Positions 51,369 through 63,247 of a stretch of DNA of 64,000 nt are shown piece after piece. The notes under the pieces were generated by a model. That model was not told the origin of the DNA. It saw only the letters and a program-made list of their open reading frames with translations, and made no database searches. Every line of letters begins with the position of its first letter. Position 1 is the stretch's first letter. A program made the position numbers and the translations under genes. Source of the DNA: Malacoraja senta (lineage: Eukaryota); assembly GCA_038087875.1 (NCBI GenBank), contig CM075977.1, positions 271,498,001 to 271,562,000 on the forward strand, in the 5' to 3' direction.

Positions 51369-52340
51369 GAAGACCTTTCGTGGGGCTTGGATTATCCGAC
51401 CGGACGGTGGACGTAATCACTGCAGCTTGGCGTGATGGCACTAAGAAGCAGTACGTCTCATATATTAAACAATGGGAAGACTTTTGTGTCAATACTCATA
51501 TAAGTTACTTTACGGCAGATATAGCCGATGTGTTGGAATTTCTTTCAACCTTATATTTTGAGAGAAAATTGAGTTATAGTGCTATTAACACTGCTCATAG
51601 TGCTTTGTCATCACATTTCCTGCTGGGCTCTGGACACCATTCTGTCGGCTCTCACCCATTCGTATCCAAATTCATGAAGGGTATATTTTAACAATAACCC
51701 TCCTAGGCCCAGATATTGGGATGTATGGAATGTTAATATAGTATTAAGGCGGCTTCGCAGTTGGGCACCAGCTGCACCTTTATCTTTGGCCCAGCTCACC
51801 TATAAATTGGTCATGCTCGTGGCGCTCGTTTCAGCGCAACGAGTTCAGTCGTTACAGAAATTAAGGCTGGATAAGGCAGTTATATCCAATAATAAGGTAA
51901 CCTTTTATATAGATGAGCTAATTAAGCAAAGTAGATAAGGTGCGCTAGGATTTAAGTTGGAGCTCTTGGCGTATCCACCAGATCGCAGATTATGTGTGGT
52001 TACATATATTAAAGAATACATAAAGGTTACAAAAGACCTTCGAGGCAGCGAACCGGCTGTCTTCGTCAGTCATAAAAAAACACATAGAAGGGTAACGGTG
52101 CAGACCATTTCTAAATGGTTAAGATGCGTATTAGCATTCGCAGGAGTGGATACTGATGTATTTAAATCTCACTCTACCAGGGCTGCAGCCACGTCGGCAG
52201 CGAGAAATATGGAAGTTCCGCTGGATCACATCCTTGCGACAGCAGGATGGGCGAATGAGCGAACTTTTCAGACATTTTATAATAAACCAATTACCAGGCC
52301 TGGTTTATTTGCGAGAAAAATTTTAAGCTCTGTTAATTAA
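51356..52340 (+). pseudogene. DIRS tyrosine recombinase (interrupted)
   Basis: SAM-like N-domain (LSYSAINTAHSAL) and catalytic HSTRAAATS...ATAGW...TFQTFY. Confidence 0.9.
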
Positions 52341-52510
52341 ATCAACTGTTTATCCCTGATGTGAAAGGACTATTTTTTCCATTAAAGCATGGACATGTTT
52401 GAAAGTTAACATCTTGTTTCAATGATGTTTCTTCAGCCATGTTTGGTCAACTGGAGCAGTGTGTCTGCATGGAGACTGGTTCACTGCATGAAACCACAGA
52501 GCTTTGAAGT

Positions 52511-52716
52511 CTTCACGTAGTCACTCACATGACTTCGATATAACCATATAACCATATAACCATTACAGCACGGAAACAGGCCATCTCGGCCCTTCAAGTC
52601 CGTGCCGAACATTTTTTTTTTTTTTCGCTTCTCTTCTTTCTTCTTTCTTTAAACAAGAACTTACTGTTTGAAGTTTGATCTTTATTTTATGAGAAGTTGA
52701 AGTGAGGGAATACGTG
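52511..52716 (+). repeat. DIRS internal complementary region (ICR), split by a CR1 3' tail insertion at 52541-52648
   Basis: 52511-52543 is complementary to the left terminus (~48184-48216). 52649-52716 is complementary to 52861-52928. Confidence 0.85.
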
Positions 52717-54760
52717 CCCTCCACTACCAACCCTACTTCTCATAAAGATCATTCGGTAGTTCTAAGGTCGTTAATCTTTCTATAGCTTAGGTCAGCAACT
52801 ATTCTGTGGTTTCATACAGCTGCTCTAAAGATTGACGCGCATGCGGACTGGTGGGCTCTTCACGTATTCCCTCACTTCAACTTCTCATAAAATAAAGATC
52901 AAACTTCAAACGGTACGTTCTCGTTTAATCTTTCTAAGAATGGAGGAGTAGACTTGATGGGCCAAATTGCCTAATTCTGCTCCGATTCCTTATAACCTTA
53001 CTGGAATTTTGAGCAAAACACAAAGTGCTGAAGGAACTCAGCAGGTCAGACAGCATCTGTGGAGGGAATAGACAGACAACGTTTTGAGTCAGGACCCGTC
53101 TTCAGATCTCCATTTGCCTCCACAGATGGTGCCTGACCCATTCAGTTCCTCCAGCTCTTTATGTTTCGAATTACATATATTAACTCTGTATTCACATGTG
53201 ATAGGGTCAGAAATTAAAAAGAAGCAATATCAACTACAAAGAATGAGCTGAAGCAGCAGTATGATTAAAATTGAAGACTGTTGGCGTGTGGTGTTATATT
53301 TGAAATAGATGCACAGATTCGGGAAGATGCACAGAGTCTCTTGCCCAGAGTAGGTGAATCGTGGACCAGAGGACATAGGTTTAAGGTGAAGTGGAAAGAT
53401 TCAATAGGCATCTGAGGGGTAACTTTTCACACAATAGGTAGTGGGTGTATGGAACAAGCTGACAGAGGAGGTAGCTAAGGCTGGGACTATCCCAACTTTT
53501 AAGAAACAGTTAGTCAGGTACATGAATGGTACAGGTTTGGAGGGATATGGACCAAATGTGGGCAGGTGGAACTAGTATAGTTGGGGCATGTTGGCCGGTG
53601 TGGACAAGTTGGGCCGAAGGGCCTGTTTCCATACTGTATCACTATGAATCTATGACTATGAAACATACAGGTAACAGGTGGGGAACAAATACATGAAGTC
53701 TACTAAGAAAGTGCTAACAATGTACAATCCATTGGACAAGACAGTTGTGGGGCTGAACACCAATGAAGACATTGAGAGGTGCTGAAACACTCAAGAGTAC
53801 CAAGTTACTTCAGCAAAAACATTGTGACCAGTTCAGAGAGGATTAGAATAGAAACTCTTGGCAAGGAATCACTCAGTTTGTGAGAAAGCAAACAAGCATG
53901 ATAAATAATAGCTCAATCTGCAAAAGAAGAAGCGGGCCTCATAAATGAACAAACATTAAAAGTATTGTGGAAGTGGCAAGGTGCAAAGTAGCTCAGGAGA
54001 TACCATGTTAAGTACAAGTAAGATCAAAGAGTGGCACAGTGGCACAGGTGCTGCCTTAGAGCACCAGAGACCCAGGTACGATCCTGACGTTGGGTGCTTG
54101 ACTGTATGGAATTTGTATGTTCTCCCCGTGACATGTCTAACTGTTTCTTAAACGTTGGGTTAGTTCCTGCCTCAACTACCTCCCCCGGCAGCTTGTTCCA
54201 TTCTTTTCCCCTTCACCTTAAATCTATGTCCTCTGGTCCTCGATTCACCTACTCTAGACAAGAGACTAAGAGCATCTACCTGATCTACTCCTCTCATGAT
54301 TTTATACACCTCAATATGATCATCCCTCATACTCCTGCGCTCCAAAGAATAGAGTCCTAGTCTACTCAACCTCTCTCTATAGCTCACACCCTCTAGTCCT
54401 GGCAACATCCTCATAAATCTTCTCTGTACCTTTTCCAGCATGACAACATCTTTTCTATAACATGGTGCCAAGAACTGAACACAATACTCTAAATTAGGGT
54501 CATTAACCAGAAACATTGACCCTAATTTTTCTCCACAAAACGCGACCTGGCTTGCTGAATATTATTTTCAGCAACACTTCTTTTTGGTTTTACGGCATCT
54601 GCATTTTTTTTTCAGTGCATGTACAGTTATGCATAATGGTTTGTTTCATGTTAGCTGTTGAACATCTCTCTTCTGTAAAAAATTATCTTGAAAGTAAGAA
54701 AAGTACTTATTAGCAGAGATCGCAACTTTTACAATGTGTGTGGTAAATGTTTGAGCAGTT

Positions 54761-57615
54761 CAAGTCAAGTCAAGTCAAGTGAGTTTATTGTCATGTGTCC
54801 CTGGTAGGACAATGAAATTCTTGCTTTGCTTGAGCACAACAGAACATAGTAGGCATTTACTACAAGGCATTCTATAAATATATATACAATGGTCAATATA
54901 CTGATAAAGTGCAAATAACAGTATTGGCTAGTAAAGTTCAGTGTTATGTCCGAGCCAGGTTTAATAGCCTGATGGCTGTGGGGAAGTAGCTGTTCCTGAA
55001 CCTGGTCGTTGCAGTCTTCAGGCTCCTGTACCTTCTACCTGAAGGTAGTAGGGAGATGAGTGTGTGGCCAGGATGGTGTGGGTCCTTGATGATGCTGCCA
55101 GCCTTTTTGAGGCAGCGACTGTGGTAGATCCCCTCGATGGAAGGGAGGTCAGAGCCGATGATGGACTGGGCAGTGTTTACTACTTTTTGTAGTCTTTTCC
55201 TCTCCAGGGCACTCAAGTTGCCGAACCAAGCCACGATGCAACCGGTCAGCATGCTCTCTACTGTGCACCTGTAGAAGTTAGAGAGAGTCCTCCTTGACAA
55301 ACCGACTCTCCGTAATCTTCTCAGGAAGTAGAGGCGCTGATGTGCTTTCTTAATAATGGCATCATTGTTCTCGGACCAGGAAAGATCTTCAGAGATGTGC
55401 ACGCCCAGGAATTTGAAGCTCTTGACCCTTTCAACCATTGACCCGTTGATATAAACGGGACTGTGGGTCCCCATCCTACTCCTTCCAAAGTCCACAATCA
55501 GTTCCTTGGTTTTGCTGGTGTTGAGGGTCAGGTTGTTGTGCTGGCACCATATGGACAGTTGCTCGATCTCTCTTCTATACTCTGACTCATCACCATCAGT
55601 GATACGTCCCACAACAGTGGTGTCATCAGCGAACTTGATGATGGAGTTCGCACTATGTCCGGCTACGCAGTCATGAGTATAGAGTGAGTACAGCAGCCTT
55701 GAGGTGCTCCCGTGCTAATTGTTATCGAGTCTGACACATTTCCACCAATACGAACAGACTGTGGTCTGAGAGTCAGGAAGTCGAGGATCCAATTGCAGAG
55801 GGATGCGCAGAGACCCAGTTCTGCGAGTTTGGTAACCAGCTTGGAGGGGATGATTGTGTTAAATGCCGAGCTGTAATCGATGAATAACAGCCTGAGATAT
55901 GAGTTTTTGTTGTCCAAGTGGTCCAGAGCGAAGTGGAGGGCCAGCGAGATCGCATCCACCGTTGATCTGTTGTGGCGGTAAGCGAACTGCAGTGGGTCCA
56001 GGTTTTTGTCGAGGTAGGAGTTGATCTGCATCTTGATCAACCTCTCAAAGCACTTCATCACCACAGGCGTTAGTGCCACAGGTCGATAGTCATTGAGGCA
56101 CGTTACCTTACTCTTCTTGGGCACTGGTATAATTGATGCCCTTTTGAAGCAGGTGGGGACCTCAGACTTCAGAAGTGAGAGGTTGAAAATGTCTGTAAAA
56201 ACTCCAGCCAGTTGGTCCGCACAGGTTTTTAGAATGCGATCAGGTATACCATCAGGTCCAGGCGCTTTTCGAGGGTTCACCCCTTTGAAGGATTTCCTGA
56301 CGTCGGCCTCTGTGACTGAGACTGAAATACCATCACAGCGAATGGGGGCTCGGCAAGGCACATTGGTGTTCTCCCTATCAAAGCGTGCGTAAAATGCATT
56401 GAGCTCATCCTGGAGTGATGTTTCGCCAACATTCGAGCTGCCTCCTGATTTCACCTTGTAAGAGGTGATTGCATTCAGGCCCTGCCACAGCCGCCGAACA
56501 TCAGTCTCTTCCTCCAGTTTGGAGCAGAAGTCCCTTTTGGCCTTTTTGATGGCCTTACCAAGGTCGTATCTGGACTCCTTGTAGGCCACTGTATCATCAG
56601 ACATGAATGCCCGGTGTCTGGACTTCAGAAGAGTGCGGATCTCAAAGTTCATCCAAGGTTTCTGATTGGGAAATGCTCGGAAGGTTTTGGTGGGGATGCA
56701 GTCCTCCACACACTTCTTAATGAAGTCTGTAACGACTGTGGCGTATTCGTTCAGGTCCGTTGCCGAGTCCTTGAACATTGCCCAGTCTACAGACTCCAAA
56801 CAGTCCTGGAGTTGTTCCTCTGCCCCCCCCCCCCCCCCCCCCGACCAGCTCTGTACTGTCCTCACCTCTGGGGGTGCGCTCTTTAATTGCTGCCTGTAGG
56901 CAGGAAGAAGCAGCGTCGGATTTACCGAAGTGAGGGCGAGGGATAGAGCGATAGGCATTCTTGATGGTGGTGTAGCAGTGGTCGAGGGTGTTTGATCCTC
57001 TGGTGCAGCAGGAGACATGTTGGTGGAAGTTAGGGAGTGATTTCTTTAGGTTTGCCTTATTGAAGTCCCCGGCTATGGTGGTAAACGCCTCGGGGTAAGA
57101 CGTCTGGTTTTTGTTGACCACGGCGTGCAGCTCCCCCAGTGCCAGACGGACGTCTGCCTGGGGTGGGATGTAGACCGCGGTCAGGATGATGGAGGTGAAT
57201 TCCCTCGGAAGGTAGAAGGGACGACACTTCACCGCCAGATGTTCGAGGTGTGGAGAGCAGGAGTTGGATAGGACTGCCACGTCTGAGCACCACGCAGAGT
57301 TGACCATGAGGCAGACGCCCCCTCCTCTCCCTTTCCCAGATGCCAGTGTACGGTCCATACGATGGATGGAGAACCCTTCAGGCTGGACCGCTGAATCTGG
57401 GGAGCTGGGGGTGAGCCATGTCTCTGTGAAACAGAACACAGAGCATTCCCTCAGCTCCCTTTGATAAAGCAGTCTTGCCCTTAAGTCCTCCACTTTATTT
57501 TCAAGGGACTGTATGTTGGCCAGTAGGATAGTAGGGAGAGGGGGTCGACGTCCCCTGCGCTTCAGTCTGACCTGAAGTCCTGCCCGTCGGCCACGTTTCC
57601 GGACACAATGTCGGA
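54761..57615 (-). mobile_element. Rex1/Babar-clade LINE, near-complete APE-RT ORF, 5'-truncated and frameshifted
   Basis: APE (CFTETWL, GGGVC, AGDFN, TLDHCY), RT (NDYRPVALT, LDPLQFAYR, GAPQG), 3' (GACTT)n tail, AGTT at both junctions. Confidence 0.93.
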
Positions 57616-57649
57616 AGTTAATGTCGATGGTGCTTTGTACACCACTTAC

Positions 57650-57749
57650 AGCATTTTGCATATTCAGCAGCTACCATGTCATGCCATGGGAGACCCAGTT
57701 CAAACACTTGGCAATGGGCTGGATGTGCATAAAAAGTGTCCAATTCCAT
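57650..57749 (-). CDS. Putative host gene, coding exon 1 (exon 57650-57846 including 5'UTR): MELDTFYAHPAHCQVFELGLPWHDMVAAEYAKC
   Basis: Acceptor actctttctgtag| at 57847, Kozak-like GCAATGG, upstream in-frame TAA, donor T|GTAAGT at 57649. 100 nt, ends in phase 1, compatible with the 46752 exon. Confidence 0.5.
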
Positions 57750-59459
57750 TGCGTAATCATAGATAAAATTTGCAAGTAATTAGTTCCCTGGCCTTCATCT
57801 TGCACTGATTGTTCTGGGTGATTTTGTTGAATTTAAGAGAGGTAGGCTACAGAAAGAGTTGCACAGTTTGGGCGGCTCGGTGGCACAGCAGTGGAGTTGC
57901 TGCCTTACAGCGCCAGAGACCCGGGTTCAATCCTGACTACGGGTGCTGTCTGTATGGAGTTTGTACGTTGTCCCCAAGACCGCGTGGGTTTTCTCCGAGA
58001 TCTAAGGTTTCCTCCCACACTCCAAAGGCATACAGGTTTGTCGGTTAATTGGCTTGGTATAAATGTAAATTGTCCCTAGTGTGTTTAGGATAGTGTTAAT
58101 GCGCAGGGAACGCTGGTCGGTGTGGACTGGGTGGGCCGAAGGGCCTGTTTCCGTGCTGTATCTCTAAACTAAACTAAACATATTGTCAAGACAGTCCACT
58201 ATCTTGGCCTGCCCTAATTTGCAGCTGTATTGATCAGTCAAGGCTATGACTTCTTAATGTTCATAATGATTTTATTTTAAACAGCAGATGCTAAAAATCT
58301 AAAATTAAAACAGAAAGTGCTGGAAACTATCAGCAGATCAGGCAGCATTTGTGGAAAGAGAAACAGTGTAAATGTTCAGGTTGAGCACCCTTCATCTGAT
58401 GAAGGTTCTTTGACTTGATCGGTTAACTCTGTTTCTCCTTCCACTGATGCTGCCTGCCCTAGAGTTATAATGTGTGTGGTAAAAGTTTGAGCAGTTAATG
58501 CCGATGGTGCTTTGTGCACCACTTACAGCATTTTGCATGTTCAGCAGCTACCATGTTGCTCAAGAACATTTTGTGCTCTCATCGCTGGCACCAGGGTGTG
58601 AGATGAATATAACTTGTGACGGGTTTAGTTATGTAGTTTAGTTTAGAGATACAGCGTGGAAACAGGGCCTTCGGCCCATTGAGTCTGCGCCGACCAATCA
58701 TACAGCACCCTTCAGCCAACTTGTCCATGCCAACCAAGATGCCCATATACATTAGTCCCATTTGCCTGCATTTGACCCATATCACTTTGAGCCTTTCCTA
58801 TCCATGTACCTGTTCAAATATATTTTAAATATTATTATTATACCTGTCTCAACTAGTTCCTCAGGCAACTCATTATAGATATGTACCACTCTGCTAAATC
58901 TTTACAACATTTTCTGCTCTTATTCTTTAGAGTTGGCAAAATCTTGATTGAATTTGTTTTATGTGCTTTTCCAATGCATTGATTTAAATTTTAATACACA
59001 CTTTTAGATTGAACATCATCCATTAGATGCACTAAACATGGTTTACCAATAATTCAATTAATTCAATAGCACAGAATCTAATCCAACCACAAGTTTGTTG
59101 AACCGCATTAAACAGAATCCAATCTATCTGCTTTCAAAGTATATTGAATTTGGCAATAAAGGCATTTATTTTGTTGGATTGAACAATATGCAATCTACTT
59201 TTTAATTTCATTATTTTCATCTGTGTCTATTTTACTCGTGATTTTATTACGTTTTAATTGATTATAATTGCCTGGTTGTTCCCACAATTGCATATTGATA
59301 GGTGGAATTTACTGAAAATATCCAAATTTATACGATGACTCTGCATAACAAAGTGAACGCAGAAGTGGAAAACTACATCATGGGGAATCCCATCATCTCA
59401 AGAACATTTTGTACTCTCATCGCTGGCACCAGGGTGTGAGATGAATATAACTTGTGACA

Positions 59460-59770
59460 GGTTCAGTTATTTAGTTTAGTTTAGAGATACAGCGCAGAAA
59501 CAGGCCCTTCGGCCCACCGAGTCTACTCCGACCAGCGATCTCCGCACACTAATGCTATCCTACACATACTAGGGACAATTTACACATACCAAGCCAATTA
59601 ACCAACAAACATGTACTTCTTTAAAGTGTGGGAGGAATCCGGTGATCCCGGAGAAAACCCACACAGGTCACGGGGAGAACGTACAAACTCCGCACAGACA
59701 GCACCCCTAGTCAGGATCGAACCTGGGTCTCTGGCACTGTAAGGTAGCAACGCTACCACTCCACCACTGT
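59460..59770 (-). mobile_element. V-SINE
   Basis: Same family. Confidence 0.85.
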
Positions 59771-59844
59771 ACAACAAATGGGTTCTTCATTCCCAGTTGT
59801 CATTGCATTCAATTGGAACTTCTTCGCATTCCTCCGTTATGATG

Positions 59845-60330
59845 CTTTATTGTCACATGTACCTAGGAACAGTGAAATTATTTTTAATGCATACAATCTG
59901 GTAAAATCGTGCAGCAGACTTCACCAAGGCAGTACACAAAGAGTGTAAAGTTTCAAACGTTCTTAGTACAGTCTTATCTTCCTGGAGCGGCGAACCCGGC
60001 TTGTCGCCACACGTCACCGCATGTGGCCGGCCGGCTCCCTCTTTGATCTCGCTGGCCCCCCGCTGGGTCCCTCCTTGTTCTCGGCGGCCACACACCGGGT
60101 CCCTCTTCGATCTCGCCGCCCCCCGCAGGGTCCCTCCTTGTTCCTTGTGCCGTGGCCCACCGGGTCCCTCTTCGTTCTCGGCAGCGTGGCCTGCCGGTTC
60201 CCACTTTGTTTTCGATGGCTCTTCCGCCGGGTTGGTCTCGCCGGCTCACCCGCCAGGTTGCTCACAGCCCCGCCGGTCATTCTGCTCTGTGGCACATCCT
60301 CCTGGGAGCCTTCTGCCACCGCACAGACCC
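59845..60330 (-). mobile_element. LINE 3'UTR with GC-rich internal repeats
   Basis: Reverse LINE tail CTTTATTGTCACATG..., repeated GGGTCCCTC(C/T)TT units, similar style to 3695-4090. Confidence 0.55.
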
Positions 60331-60663
60331 TGTGAGTATGTATGGCAAGCCTCCATGACAGATTTGTGCTAATTAGGCCAAGGCGGGAACGGTAAAGCAA
60401 AGATGGGCCAGGGGATGCCCGATGGGACAGGCAGGTGAACACTTTGTGAGTTTGGGTGTCCCTCCCTATGCAAGGGCCTGAGGTTTCCTAGCCATTCCAA
60501 ATGCTCCTTCTCCACTTTGAGTAGGCACGGACTGAGGATACCCAGGAGTTGCTATGGATGTTGGATTTCTTCAAGGAAGCTTTGACCACATCCTTGAATA
60601 CTTTTCACTGCCCACTTAAAAATTTCCCACGATAGGGCGCAAAATGGAGTGTCAGTTTCATCA

Positions 60664-60868
60664 GTAGGAAAGAACTGCAGATGCTGGTTTAAATCGAAAA
60701 TAGACACAAAGTGCCATGAGTAACTCAGTGGGACAGGCAGCATCTCTGGAGAGAAGGAATGGGTGATGTTTCGGGACTGAAGAAGGGTCTTGACCCGAAA
60801 CGTCACCCACTCCTTCTCTCCAGAGATGCTGCCTGTTCCTCTGAGTTACTCCAGTATTTTGTGTCTAT
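60664..60868. mobile_element. Penelope-derived fold-back element with intact minimal hammerhead core
   Basis: CTGAAGA-A-GGGTC-TT-GACCC-GAAAC-GTC at 60777-60804, flanked by GT(C/T)AGTTTCAT direct repeats. Confidence 0.75.
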
Positions 60869-63247
60869 TGTTAGTTTCATGAGGCAGCTGTCAGCCATGT
60901 GAACGGTATGGCCAGCTCAGCACAGCAGGCTGATATCTTTGCTTGACAGTTGGTCTGACGTTGGTCTGGAGGAGGATGCTGACATTGGTTATTTATTCTG
61001 CTCGTGAATTTGGAGCATTTTTCCTCAGATAATGTTGGTAATATCCTGCTGTCCTTGAAGTGCCTATTATAGGTAGTACACGACTAACATGCACATGGGA
61101 GGACATGGTTCACAACTGCTCAGTTAGCCTTGAAAGGTATGTAAGAGGAACTTTAGTCAGAGGGTAGTGGAACCCATTGGCACAGGGGGCTGTGGAGACC
61201 AAGTCCGTGGATATTTTTAAGGTGTCAAGGGTTATGGGGGACAGGCAGGAAAATGAGATTAGGAGGCAAAGATTGAATGGCAGAGTTGACTAGATGGGAC
61301 AAATAGCCTAATTCTACTCCTATAACTTGTATCCGTGAACATTTGTTGGTGCCACCATTGCTGAGCTCTCCACTATCAATATTCTGCGGTCACTGTTTAC
61401 CAAAAGGTCCAGTGAACCATCCACATAAATACTGTGGCTACGAGAGCATCACAAAGCCTCAATATCCTATGGTGTGTGACGTACAAAAACATTCCACCAT
61501 CTACAAGGCACAAGGTAGGGAGACAGTCAGAACCTCCATATAGCAGTGGAAATGTCAAAAACACGGGGGCATAGCCTTAAGATGAGGCACAAATGTTATA
61601 AGAGATGTGTGGCTCAAGTTTTTTTACACAGAGGATAGTGGATGACTGAAATGTGCTGCCAAGGGTGGTGGTGGAGGCAGATACGATATTGGCATTTAAG
61701 AGGTTTGTAGATATGCACAAGATTATGTAAGGAATGGAGGGGTGTGGGTCATAGGCAGGCAGATGAGATTAGAATAGCTTGGCATTATGTTCAGCACAGA
61801 CATACATATCGGGCCAAAGGACCTGTTCCTGTGCTATACTTTTCCATGTGGATTGCAGATTTAATGTATTAAAGCTTTATTAATTAGTGTTGTTGATGGA
61901 CAATAAATTATATGCTAAATCCAATTTGTCCAAGCCTCAATTATAGAGAAAATATCTGTTTCCTGTATGTTTAACAAATAATTATTTAGTTAGCAAATAA
62001 GCATTTTTTTCAATTATTGCTGATCATAAAGAGAGAATCAATGTAATGATTTCATGCAAAACCCAGCAACTGTTTGCCCAACAAATTGAAATAGCCAAGC
62101 AAAAATAAGATATCAGCTTTTCTTTCCCGAGGATTTTGTATTTTGATTACATGATTATGGATTATTATTATCTCAGGAGCCATGTTACAGAAGACCAGTA
62201 TTTGAGCTAGTTAAAGATACAAATACACAAATGTATATGGTCAGCAAAAACCCTGTGAAGAATGATTATTTTTTTGAATAGTGTAAAGCAACAGTTAAGT
62301 GGCAGCAGGAAGGAACAAAGTATTGATTCTGATCTGCTAAATGCTTGGTGGGAGTGTACAGTGTGGGCAAGGGCAAATATTTAGAATAGCAATCGATCTT
62401 ATCAAAAATGTGCGTCAGTGCTAGTCAGGGGGTTAATAAAAAGGTGAAAGGAAAGATTTACACTGTAAATGCAAGATTGCAAAGGTAGTCAACATCTGGA
62501 TAATGAGACCAAACATGTACCTACTATCTAGTTATTGACATTTCAATACGTATTTGGCTGCTTCACATTTCATGCAAAGGTGCACGTAAGAACCTGTCCT
62601 TGTCTGTAACCTTGTTCAAGATTCCAGCAACTGTAAAGAGGAAACCTATAATTAGCTGATATGCTGTTCCTGTGCTTCTCCCAAGAGATGATCATCACTG
62701 CACTCTCCGCCTGCCTGTACAGGTGTGACATAAATGCTGAAGTGGCAGAAATAGATTCATTTTATGCGCATTAAATGTAACATGTAATATAAGAGATTTC
62801 ACTGTGTTCTGACAACAACAAAAAAAGGAAGGTTAATGTACAGAAAAACAACTCCAACTGGAATATCTGAAATCCAAAAGCCATCTGAAATCACAACTTT
62901 CTCTTGGACAAAGTCGCATGCTGGCTGCTTTGTTATGGCCATCTCATGTTAAAAGAAATCACCAATCGGCAGTTTGTATTCCTCAAAATTAAGCTGAGGA
63001 ACTGAATGGAACTCAGAGACACTCCTAACAACAGAAGACCAGATCTTCACCTGCTTTCTCAACCTGGGACCTCAGATGCCCAGACGTTGACAATGCTGGC
63101 CTGAGTAAGACATAATGGACAGGTTTAGTTTAGTTCTAAGGTCATAAGGTCATAAGGTCATAAGGTCATAAGGTCATAAGGAATAGGAGTAGAATTATGC
63201 CATTCGGCCCATCAAGTCTTCGCCATTCAATCATGGCTGATCTATTG

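Larger units (their letters stand above)
48181..52936 (+). mobile_element. DIRS1-like tyrosine-recombinase retrotransposon, full length and degenerate, inserted in a CR1 3' tail
   Basis: Inverted termini (48208-48243 vs 52831-52866), internal complementary region, gag/RT/RH/MT/YR remnants. The flanks rejoin to the CR1 tail ...ccatga|gaatggaggagtagac. Confidence 0.92.
54031..58180 (+). repeat. Local segmental duplication, copy B (split by the Rex LINE)
   Basis: Co-linear with 34135-35480 once 54761-57615 is removed. Confidence 0.93.

Noticed and set aside
62540-62630. Upstream coding exon after a strong acceptor (tttcctctttacag)
   Set aside because: All frames stop and no good donor follows. 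It could be 5'UTR but is not supportable.
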